Source: a virus
Lineage: Duplodnaviria > Caudoviricetes
IMG/VR virus record: IMGVR_UViG_3300010371_000094
Coordinates: 1-28,745 of that record
Length of the DNA: 28,745 nucleotides
Reading direction: 5' to 3' (one strand)
Below are positions 15,859-23,938 of this stretch, piece after piece (within the stretch, counting starts at the first letter, position 1; each line of letters starts with the position of its first letter). The position numbers and the translations under genes were made by a program. The notes beneath the pieces are model-generated. The model was not told the origin of the DNA. It searched no databases and saw nothing but the letters and a program-made list of their open reading frames with translations.

Positions 15859-15973
15859 AGCGGTTCGTGGCCGTTTCGGCGGCGCGGGGCTAGCGTGAAG
15901 GGGTGCGGGGCTGCTACGGCACCCGAAACCCTTTCGCCCCTTGTACGGCTTCGTGGTAGGGAGGAACCGATAA

Positions 15974-16435
15974 GTGGGCGTTATCGTCAATTTCAACTAT
16001 ACAAATTGGATCAAACTATTTCCGATGTTCGCGCAGAATGTCAGCCCCGAACAGGCGGTCGATGTGATCCTGCCGTTGGCCGAGCAATACTGCCGCAACG
16101 ATGGTGGCGGCCCGGTAAACAGCGAGCAATCGCAGACCAACTTGCTGAATTTGATGGTTGCACACATAGCCCAGCTTTTGTTCGGGGTGAACGGTTCTCC
16201 GCCGACCGGCCTCGTCGGGCGTATCAGCAACGCTTCGCAGGGCAGCGTGTCGGTTGCTACCGAATTCCCGAGTAACAACCCGAGTGCCGCCTGGTACAAC
16301 CAGACCCAGTTCGGGGCGGCCTTCTATCAGGCGATGGCGCCGTATCGAACGATGCGCTACCTGCCCGGAAACCAGCGTTCGCGGCGGGCGACTACACCTG
16401 GCCCGTTCGGGCTGTTTCGCCGGCAAACCTGGTAG
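15974..16435 (+). CDS. Head-tail adaptor, DUF4054-type
   Basis: GGAGG RBS; LLNLMVAHIAQL, VGRISNASQGSVSV, WYNQTQFGAAFYQA. Confidence 0.88.
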   Translation: MGVIVNFNYTNWIKLFPMFAQNVSPEQAVDVILPLAEQYCRNDGGGPVNSEQSQTNLLNLMVAHIAQLLFGVNGSPPTGLVGRISNASQGSVSVATEFPSNNPSAAWYNQTQFGAAFYQAMAPYRTMRYLPGNQRSRRATTPGPFGLFRRQTW

Positions 16436-16447
16436 GAGGGGTTTGTA

Positions 16448-16954
16448 ATGTTGGCACCGGCTAAGGCAGACCACGGTGCGCTGCCGTTCTACGTTCTGTC
16501 ATCAAATGTTCCTGGTGACCATCCGCCCGATCAATGGGCCGATATCACGACCCAGCAAATCATTTCGGTATCGGATAACGCCAGCGACGAGCGCAAGCGC
16601 AAAACCGGGTTGTTCAAAGCGGAAGTGCGCGAGATCCTGATCGCAGCGTTTAAAGGCCAGCAATTTGTCGAGCAGCAAAAGCTCGCCGAAAAAGGTTGTG
16701 ATCGTTACACCGACGATTATGGGATAGACCAGCGGGTCATCAACACGTCGGAACGGATCATTACCGCCGCCCGCGAATATCTGGTGTTCGGCTCGACAAA
16801 TCTTGGTGACCTGTATTACGCGCCAAACCGTACGGCGCTGTGCAATGTGATCGGCACCAATCTTGCCACTTCGGTTATGATTACCCGCAAGTGGCATGCT
16901 CATGAACGCGACAGCGATCCGCGTGCGATCCGGTTCCTGACGCAAAACCGCTAA
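16448..16954 (+). CDS. Hypothetical protein (168 aa)
   Basis: AGGAGG RBS and ATG; in operon. Confidence 0.75.
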   Translation: MLAPAKADHGALPFYVLSSNVPGDHPPDQWADITTQQIISVSDNASDERKRKTGLFKAEVREILIAAFKGQQFVEQQKLAEKGCDRYTDDYGIDQRVINTSERIITAAREYLVFGSTNLGDLYYAPNRTALCNVIGTNLATSVMITRKWHAHERDSDPRAIRFLTQNR

Positions 16955-16973
16955 AGAGAAGGTAGGCCCCGCT

Positions 16974-17639
16974 ATGGCAGGTTTCACTACTGCATTCCCG
17001 ACGAGTCTCAAGGCGGAGCTTGCGCAGGCCCTTCATAACTTCAACAGTCAGGTAACGCCAACTGGCAATACGACCAGTGGTAACTCACATATCACGTCGC
17101 TAAGTTCCGAGGCTGGTATCGGTCTCGGTTCGTCTATATCCGGTGCCGGTATTCCCGTCGGCTCGTTTGTCGCCGATATCGATGCTGCGACAAGTTTGTT
17201 TATCGGCGGTGCCGGTAACGCGACCGCGACCGCTTCGGGTGTGACATTGACGATTGCCGGCCATGTTTTTAAGGCTGCCCTCGGGATCGCTTCACCGGCT
17301 GGTACTTACGGCGCGGCAACGACCAACTACTCAAACCTGACCGGCAACTCGGATGAGGTGAGCGGCACCGGGTACACGGCGGGCGGGTTTGCCTGGACGG
17401 CAGCGCAGAATATCACGCCAGCCACTTCAGGTACCGGTGCGTTCTTTCAATGGTCGGTAAATCCGAACTGGACTGCCGCGACATTCAGCACGTCGGGGTG
17501 CATCATCTACAACACCAGTTCGACCAATCGTGCGGTGTATGTCGGTTCGTTTGGCGGCACGCAAACCGTCACTGCCGGTACATTGACCTTGGTGCAGCCG
17601 ACAAACGGTGTAGGAACGAGCTTGCTGCAAATCAACTAG
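16974..17639 (+). CDS. Virion structural protein with inserted beta-rich module (221 aa)
   Basis: TSLKAELAQALHNF...FKAAL...EVSGTGYTAGG...GCIIYN pattern common in phage structural proteins; Gly/Thr/Ala-rich. Confidence 0.75.
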   Translation: MAGFTTAFPTSLKAELAQALHNFNSQVTPTGNTTSGNSHITSLSSEAGIGLGSSISGAGIPVGSFVADIDAATSLFIGGAGNATATASGVTLTIAGHVFKAALGIASPAGTYGAATTNYSNLTGNSDEVSGTGYTAGGFAWTAAQNITPATSGTGAFFQWSVNPNWTAATFSTSGCIIYNTSSTNRAVYVGSFGGTQTVTAGTLTLVQPTNGVGTSLLQIN

Positions 17640-17661
17640 GTGGCGTTAAAAAGTCCCGTAG

Positions 17662-19590
17662 ATGCCGCCATCGCAAGTCGCCAATGCCGTTGCCAGCCGA
17701 ACCAGCGGTGCCCTTAGCGGGGCCACTGTTGCGGCAACGTTGACCAATGTCGTCGGCTCCGGCAATGCCGTTTACGGTGGGTGTTCGTGGGACGCAAGCG
17801 TGGTCTCGGCAATCACGTCAGTTGTCGATGACAAAGCCAACAGCTACACAGTCCTAGACAACACGCTGGATTCGACAAACGGCCAGCGTGCGGCGCAATT
17901 TTACTGCAAAAATATAACCAACGGCCCGAAGACTGTAACCGTAACCTTTGCGGGAGGCAGTCCTGGGGCGCGAACGATTGTCTTAGCCGAGTTCTCCGGA
18001 GTCGACACCGCAGACCAAAGCAACGACGGGCACGGTGGTCAAAACCAGCAAAATGTCGGAACCACGGCAAACGCGGTCACGTCAGGCGCGATCACAACGA
18101 CACTCGACGGCGATCTTATTGTCGGGATTTCCGCTAATACCAGCGGGTTGCCGGGACCGCCCAATGTCGGGACCGGGTTTACCTTGGGAGATGCGGACAA
18201 CACTTCGCCTGGAAGCTGCGCCGATATCCGGCTGGAATGGCTGGTTCAGGCGACGCACGGCAGTCAAGCCGCGACGTTTACCAACACATCGGGCACGCAA
18301 GATTTTACTTCTCTCGTCGCCGCGCTCAAGGCTGCTAGTTCCGGCACCAACGTCAACTTGGTCGCGGCTACCGGAAGCGGTGCCGCACATAGCCCTGTAC
18401 CATCGATTGCAACTGCGCTTGGAGCGGGAACTTCGTCAGGGGCACAAGCGGCTTTAGCCTTGGGTCTGAGTAAAACTCTCGCCAGCGGCACCGCCTTGGG
18501 CGCAGTTGTCGCGATGTCGCCGAGCCTGACAAAAGTGTTTGCTATCGCGGCGGCTGTCGCAAGTGCACAGAGCGCCGTTCCAAACGTCAGTAGCAGCTTG
18601 GTCGCGGGCAGCGGCAGCGGTACAGCCGGATCGTTTTCGACCGCGCTACAAGCGTTCCTTTCCGCTGTATCGGGTAGCGGTGTTGCGGCGGCGGGTGTTC
18701 CGGCCAACAGCACAATACTGGCCGCTATCGCGGCGACTGCGGCGAGCGAGGGATTGTTACCGCAACTCGGCTTTACCTTGTCGAGTGCGAGTGCGACCGG
18801 AAGTGACGCGGCATTTAGCCCGGCGATCAGTAAATCGCTAAGCGCGTCTTCTGCCTCGGGAGCGGCAGTCGCCCTTCAGGCATCGTTTGCGGTTGTCTTC
18901 AATTTGATCGCAGTAAGTGCGACCACTGGTGATGCTGCACTAACACCTTCGATTGCGATAACACTCGCCGATATCGTTGCGGCGGGCGCAGCGGGAACGA
19001 TAAGCGCCAATCTCGGCGGGTTTGTCAATTTGGTCGCGGCGGCGGCGTTAACTCAGCCTGCGGCACTACGGCCTGCGATTACGGCAATGCTGACAGCGGC
19101 GACCGGCAGCGGGCACGCCACAGCCGTTTCCCCGGCCCTAGGGTTGCTTGTAGCGGTTGCCGCGGCTTCGGGTGCGGCACGCGGCTTCACCCCTTCTGCG
19201 GCCTTTGACATCGGTTCTGTGGCCGCGAGCGGGCGCGCCGCCCCTATCGGCCCTACGGTAACGATAAACCTCGGGGCACTCGCGGCACAAAGCAGCGTTG
19301 CGTCCGTACTTATCGAGCTGTTTTTTGGACTAACCGGTGTCGGCGGTCTTGCCGGTGTTGAAGCAATCACCCCGCAAGGCTCTGTTGTCAATGTACCGCT
19401 GTCTGCGGTTCAAGCTATCGCAGCGGCGGCCGGGTTTACCGTTGTTATCACCTTTACCGGACGGGTTATCTTGATTGACGATTCGCTAAACGCTAGCGGT
19501 GCTATCGGCGATACTCTAGCGGTAAACAGTGATGCAACAAATGATTTGCTTGGTGCGTCCTTTGGCAACGATGATGAGATCGTGCCCTAG
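17662..19590 (+). CDS. Ala/Ser/Gly/Thr-rich fibre-like structural protein (642 aa)
   Basis: ~225-aa N-terminal beta domain, then low-complexity degenerate repeats (L..A.A.G.A....P). Confidence 0.7.
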   Translation: MPPSQVANAVASRTSGALSGATVAATLTNVVGSGNAVYGGCSWDASVVSAITSVVDDKANSYTVLDNTLDSTNGQRAAQFYCKNITNGPKTVTVTFAGGSPGARTIVLAEFSGVDTADQSNDGHGGQNQQNVGTTANAVTSGAITTTLDGDLIVGISANTSGLPGPPNVGTGFTLGDADNTSPGSCADIRLEWLVQATHGSQAATFTNTSGTQDFTSLVAALKAASSGTNVNLVAATGSGAAHSPVPSIATALGAGTSSGAQAALALGLSKTLASGTALGAVVAMSPSLTKVFAIAAAVASAQSAVPNVSSSLVAGSGSGTAGSFSTALQAFLSAVSGSGVAAAGVPANSTILAAIAATAASEGLLPQLGFTLSSASATGSDAAFSPAISKSLSASSASGAAVALQASFAVVFNLIAVSATTGDAALTPSIAITLADIVAAGAAGTISANLGGFVNLVAAAALTQPAALRPAITAMLTAATGSGHATAVSPALGLLVAVAAASGAARGFTPSAAFDIGSVAASGRAAPIGPTVTINLGALAAQSSVASVLIELFFGLTGVGGLAGVEAITPQGSVVNVPLSAVQAIAAAAGFTVVITFTGRVILIDDSLNASGAIGDTLAVNSDATNDLLGASFGNDDEIVP

Positions 19591-19974
19591 ATGGCAGCAA
19601 TTGTTACCGATACGAACGGACCTATCCCGGCCGGTTCCACCGCGCTGTACAAAGTCACTTTTGTACAATCGGATGGCACCCCCATAACATTAGGGATGTT
19701 GACAACGGTTACGCTGACGATCTGCGACACGTTAACCGGTGAAATTATCAACGACTGTGACAATGTTGACATCTTTAACACCGGTCGCGGGTCGGTTTCA
19801 AGCGATGGAGTGCTATCGGTACAGCTCCTAGCCGGCGATACGGCTGTCGCTGTCCCCGGATACGGTGCCTACATCGTCAACCGCACCCTGGTCATAAACT
19901 GGACTTACAACAGCGGTACCTTGGCGAGCGCACATAAGTTCAACTTCCAGATAGCGCCGATGGACCCGCCGTGA
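19591..19974 (+). CDS. Small beta-rich (Ig/BppU-like) structural protein (127 aa)
   Basis: ATG immediately after upstream TAG; GSTALYKVTFVQSDGTPI...GVLSVQLLAGDTA pattern. Confidence 0.65.
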   Translation: MAAIVTDTNGPIPAGSTALYKVTFVQSDGTPITLGMLTTVTLTICDTLTGEIINDCDNVDIFNTGRGSVSSDGVLSVQLLAGDTAVAVPGYGAYIVNRTLVINWTYNSGTLASAHKFNFQIAPMDPP

Positions 19975-20080
19975 TGCTACACCTTTTCAGGTGAACCGCC
20001 TTGTAGCGTTCCACCCGCTTTACCGGCGTTTGGCAGGTTTGCCGCGGCGGCCCTCCCACAGGTGTATAGGAGATAGAGTG

Positions 20081-20635
20081 ATGGATATCGACGTGATGCA
20101 AAAGCAGCTTGCCGCCTTGATGGTGCACAAGCCGATGCTTGACGCGATGGCCAATGCTGCCGGTAGTGATGCCGATACCGCGGTGCACACCGAGGCGGAT
20201 GATGTGGCCTCGATGGATGATGACGGGCTGCGCGATCACGTTGCCAAGCTGACCGAACATGTGGAACAGCTTGAAGCTACGGTCGACGCCCTGGTGAAGC
20301 GCGCCGAGGACCATATCAGCGCCCTGCCCGAGGAACATGTCGAAACTTTGAGCCGAATGCATGCGTGCATCGATAAGGTCGAAGCCTTGCTGGCCAAATT
20401 CCCGTTCCTGCACAATGAGGCTGAGGGCGATACAGGGCAACATACGGACGACCCGCAATCGGAACCGCAGCCCGACCAGACGCATTCCAAGGAAACGCAC
20501 ACGCATACCGAGGAAACGCGCACCGAGGACACACATACGCATACTGATGAAACACACACCGACGACGGGCAAGCGGTTGAAACCGGTGAGCCGCGGCCCG
20601 AAGAGGTACCGCTTGAGGAGCAGCACAGCTCGTAA
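20081..20635 (+). CDS. Coiled-coil protein with acidic His/Thr-rich tail (184 aa)
   Basis: AGGAG at 20068-20072 supports a start at 20078/20081; heptad region LRDHVAKLTEHVEQLEATVDAL; THTHTEET / THTHTDET repeats. Confidence 0.7.
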   Translation: MDIDVMQKQLAALMVHKPMLDAMANAAGSDADTAVHTEADDVASMDDDGLRDHVAKLTEHVEQLEATVDALVKRAEDHISALPEEHVETLSRMHACIDKVEALLAKFPFLHNEAEGDTGQHTDDPQSEPQPDQTHSKETHTHTEETRTEDTHTHTDETHTDDGQAVETGEPRPEEVPLEEQHSS

Positions 20636-20674
20636 AACGTCGCAACTTCTAGACCTTCAAAGAGGGCGTTACCT

Positions 20675-21250
20675 ATGGCCACGCATTACAATTTGCTCGA
20701 CACGCAGAAGGGCGACTTTACGCTTAATGCTGTCACCCTTGCTGCGATCACCGGGCCGCAAAACCGGTTCCTGTCGCTTACCGATGCGAAATCGGACGCG
20801 GGTGTGCCGCTTACTGCCGCGGCCGGTACTCCGGCCGGTGCTGTCGGCGTGTCGCGCACCGCCGGTACATCGCTTGTTCTGGTCGGTGAAGCGACTTCGG
20901 CGAGCGCCAAAACCAACAAGGCGTTGTGGGAGTTGAACCTTCCGTCGACTTATGTCGCGGGCGCAAACATTTCGGTTTTGGTCAACGCAATCGTTACCGG
21001 TTCCGGTACGTTGACTGCCGCTTCAACGACGATTACGGTAGCGGCCTACACCGAGATAAACGGGGTTGAGGCGGCGCTTACCGTTTCCGCCGCGCAGCAA
21101 TTCGACAAGACCGGCGAAGCGCTGACCTTTACGGTTACCGGTACCGGGCTTGTACCGGGCCAGCACATTGCGGTTGAGGTAACGGTCCTCGTTACCACTT
21201 CGGCCGGTGCCTGCACCGGCCAACTGAACAGTATTGCCCTCGTCGCCTAG
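20675..21250 (+). CDS. Beta-rich structural protein (191 aa)
   Basis: AGAGG RBS; Ala/Thr/Val/Gly-rich; inside morphogenesis operon. Confidence 0.7.
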   Translation: MATHYNLLDTQKGDFTLNAVTLAAITGPQNRFLSLTDAKSDAGVPLTAAAGTPAGAVGVSRTAGTSLVLVGEATSASAKTNKALWELNLPSTYVAGANISVLVNAIVTGSGTLTAASTTITVAAYTEINGVEAALTVSAAQQFDKTGEALTFTVTGTGLVPGQHIAVEVTVLVTTSAGACTGQLNSIALVA

Positions 21251-21259
21251 GGCAGTAGC

Positions 21260-22015
21260 GTGGCCAGGGGTACCCGCCGCGGTCACCCGGTACCCCCGGT
21301 CCGTTCCGCGCCTTCACTCGATGCCGAATACCAGGCGCAGCTTGAAAAGATTGCCGCCGATGTGCATCGCGATATCACCCGTGCCGATATCGCGGAATTG
21401 CAAACCGCGGTGCATACGATGGCTGCTAGCTGGCAGCGCCGTCTGGAACGGGCTTCGCAACGGTTAGCGGAATGGTTCAGTATTAAGGCGAGTAACCGCT
21501 CGCAACAGGTGCTAAAGCGGGTGTTGAGGCAAGGTGGCTGGACCGTTCGGTTTCGCCCCACGCCGCTGGTACAAAGCGCGATCAACAGTATTGTTGCCGA
21601 GAATGTGGCACTGATAAAATCGATACCGCAAAAGTATTTGAGCGATGTGGCGGTTATCGTTCAGGAATCGGTTGAGGCAGGTCGCGATCTAAAGACTGTG
21701 AGCGATAAGCTTCAAGAGCGCTACGGGGTAACCCGGCGCCGCGCCGCATTGATCGCACGCGACCAGAACAACAAGGCGACCGCAATGATAAGCCGTATCC
21801 GCCAGCAAGAGCTAGGAATCAGCGAAGGTATCTGGGTGCACTCGCATGCCGGCAACGAACCGCGGCCGACGCATGTGCAAGCGGGTCGCGATAAGGTTCG
21901 GTTCAATCTGGCCGAAGGGTGGTTCGACCCGCACGAAGGCAAATACATCCTTCCAGGACAACTGATAAACTGTCGATGCACCTGGCGACCAATACTGCCT
22001 GGCACGGCGGAATAG
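21260..22015 (+). CDS. MuF / SPP1 gp7-like head morphogenesis protein (short form, no toxin tail)
   Basis: ENVALIKSIP, RRAALIARDQNNKA, WVHSHAG..PRPTH, PGQLINCRC. Confidence 0.92.
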   Translation: MARGTRRGHPVPPVRSAPSLDAEYQAQLEKIAADVHRDITRADIAELQTAVHTMAASWQRRLERASQRLAEWFSIKASNRSQQVLKRVLRQGGWTVRFRPTPLVQSAINSIVAENVALIKSIPQKYLSDVAVIVQESVEAGRDLKTVSDKLQERYGVTRRRAALIARDQNNKATAMISRIRQQELGISEGIWVHSHAGNEPRPTHVQAGRDKVRFNLAEGWFDPHEGKYILPGQLINCRCTWRPILPGTAE

Positions 22016-22019
22016 CAAG

Positions 22020-22562
22020 GTGGCCGAACTCGAAGGCGGCGAAAAGCTCAAAGCCGCGCTTGCCGATATCGGCCGCAAGTTGAAGCGCGGCGGTACCCTT
22101 AAGGTCGGGTTTTTTGAAAATGCCCGTTATCCCGATGGGACAAGCGTTGCGATGGTTGCGGCAATTCAAGAATACGGGGCGCCGGCTGCGAGTATTCCGC
22201 CGCGCCCGTTTCTGCGCCCGGTGATAAAGGACCACGAGCACGAGTGGCCTGGTGTGATCCTTCAACAGTTGAAGGCGCAAGACGGTGATGTGATAAAGGC
22301 ACTTTCGGCGCTCGGTGAAGTCATCGTACATGAAATACAGCAATCGATCATTGATGTTACCGCACCGCCGTTGAGCCCGATAACGATCATGCTGCGCAAG
22401 ATGCGCAAGGATGACCCTGATTTGGTTGTAACTGGCGCTACCGTCGGCGAAGCCGCGGCGCGGGTGAAGGCCGGCAAATCGGTGGCCGGTGTCAGCACCA
22501 AACCGCTCATAGATACATCAGTCATGTACAAGGCTGTGGCTTACGAAGTCGAGGAAAAGTGA
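22020..22562 (+). CDS. Neck/tail-completion protein (HK97 gp10-like)
   Basis: LKVGF...YPDGTSVAMVAAIQEYG...IPPRPFLRP...KPLIDT. Confidence 0.85.
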   Translation: MAELEGGEKLKAALADIGRKLKRGGTLKVGFFENARYPDGTSVAMVAAIQEYGAPAASIPPRPFLRPVIKDHEHEWPGVILQQLKAQDGDVIKALSALGEVIVHEIQQSIIDVTAPPLSPITIMLRKMRKDDPDLVVTGATVGEAAARVKAGKSVAGVSTKPLIDTSVMYKAVAYEVEEK

Positions 22563-22774
22563 TAAAGACCTACACGATAAGCGAGCATGAAGCGGCAAAC
22601 CTGTCTATCGACAAGGGCACTATCATCGTTATTGATACGGATGAGGAGTTGCTCGATGTCTACACTGCGCTTGTGCTTGTTCGTGGGTTTGAGGTGGTTT
22701 CCGAAAAGCTTATCCCGCAACTTCGCGCCGCCTTGCTCAAGAAGAAGCAACCTGAAGTCATAAAACCTGATTAA
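22559..22774 (+). CDS. Hypothetical protein (71 aa), apparent insertion in neck genes
   Basis: GTGA overlap with upstream gene, GAGGA RBS. Confidence 0.6.
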   Translation: MIKTYTISEHEAANLSIDKGTIIVIDTDEELLDVYTALVLVRGFEVVSEKLIPQLRAALLKKKQPEVIKPD

Positions 22775-23171
22775 CCTCAACGCGATAGCCGGCTCGGTGG
22801 TTTCGGTTTTGAATCCATACGTGACCGCTACCTGGAAGCGCAGCACGGGCTCAACCCGCAATGCCGATGGGACCCGTACGCCCTCCTACGCAATCGCTCA
22901 AATTCAGGTTCAAGAACAGCCGCTCAGCGCGAACAACATACGCCAGCTAAACGGCATGAACATCACGAGTGTTACCCGAAAGGTCTATGCTAACACTTCC
23001 CTTCTGGGAGTGAACCGGGTGACAAACCAGGGCGGCGATTTGTTGCTGTTCACCGATCCGGTTACCGGTACCGTGCAAACCTGGCTGGTAACAATCGTGT
23101 TCGAGACATGGGACCAAGCCGGCCCGTGGTCGGCTGCCGGGTTAACCCTGCAAACGCCATCAGGCAACTAG
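22767..23171 (+). CDS. Head-closure/neck protein (start uncertain: CTG 22767, ATT 22770 or GTG 22797)
   Basis: INLNAIAGSVVSVLNP...STG...DGTRTPSY...QVQEQPLS...GVNR...GGDLL...WLV..VFETW family pattern begins upstream of the tracked GTG. Confidence 0.8.
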   Translation: MINLNAIAGSVVSVLNPYVTATWKRSTGSTRNADGTRTPSYAIAQIQVQEQPLSANNIRQLNGMNITSVTRKVYANTSLLGVNRVTNQGGDLLLFTDPVTGTVQTWLVTIVFETWDQAGPWSAAGLTLQTPSGN

Positions 23172-23924
23172 GTGCCGGCGGTCTTCGATATCACCGCGAC
23201 GCAGATGTTTACGGCGCTCGCGGCTTTCCTCGATAGCGTGCTCCCCGCCGGGGTCGAAAGCTATCAGACCCAGGTGAACCGGGTACCGGAACCGCTATCG
23301 CCGGATTTTGTCATGATGACGCCGATGCGGCAGGAACGGTTGTCCTGGAACCAGACGAGTTACGTCGACAACATTATCACCGGTTCGATAACCGGTACGG
23401 TGTTGACCGTAACGGCGGTAGGGCAAAGCCAAGGCGCCGGGCTGGTACCCGGTTTGGTGTTGACCGATGGTTCATTTCCAAACCTTGTCGCCGCCGGTAC
23501 GACTATTACCGCGCAGCTTAGCGGGGCGCCCGGCGGGATCGGTACTTATACGGTTTCGGTATCGCAGACCCTAGCGTCGGAAACCTTGTTCGCCGGGCAA
23601 CGGCAGGATTTGGTACCGACTAAATGGACCGTACAACTCGATGTGTACGGGCCGGGCAGCAACGAAAATGTCAAGATGATTGAAGGTCTGTTTTACTCCT
23701 CCGTTGCTACTGATTTCTTCACCGCCCTCGGGCTGCCGTTGCAAGTCCTAAGTACGGATGAGGCGCGACAAACCCCGCTGATATCCGGTGAAGAACAATA
23801 CCAGCAGCGCTGGACCTTAAATGTAGACCTTCAATTCAACCCGACCATCGGCACACCGATCCAGTTCTTTGATGAAGCCGAAGTCGCAGTCGTAGAAGCC
23901 GCCTTGCAATACACCGGCCCTTGA
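23172..23924 (+). CDS. Tail terminator/neck protein with inserted beta-rich module (250 aa)
   Basis: [42 protein letters not shown]; directly before the sheath. Confidence 0.82.
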   Translation: MPAVFDITATQMFTALAAFLDSVLPAGVESYQTQVNRVPEPLSPDFVMMTPMRQERLSWNQTSYVDNIITGSITGTVLTVTAVGQSQGAGLVPGLVLTDGSFPNLVAAGTTITAQLSGAPGGIGTYTVSVSQTLASETLFAGQRQDLVPTKWTVQLDVYGPGSNENVKMIEGLFYSSVATDFFTALGLPLQVLSTDEARQTPLISGEEQYQQRWTLNVDLQFNPTIGTPIQFFDEAEVAVVEAALQYTGP

Positions 23925-23938
23925 ATGAGGAGCTTTGA

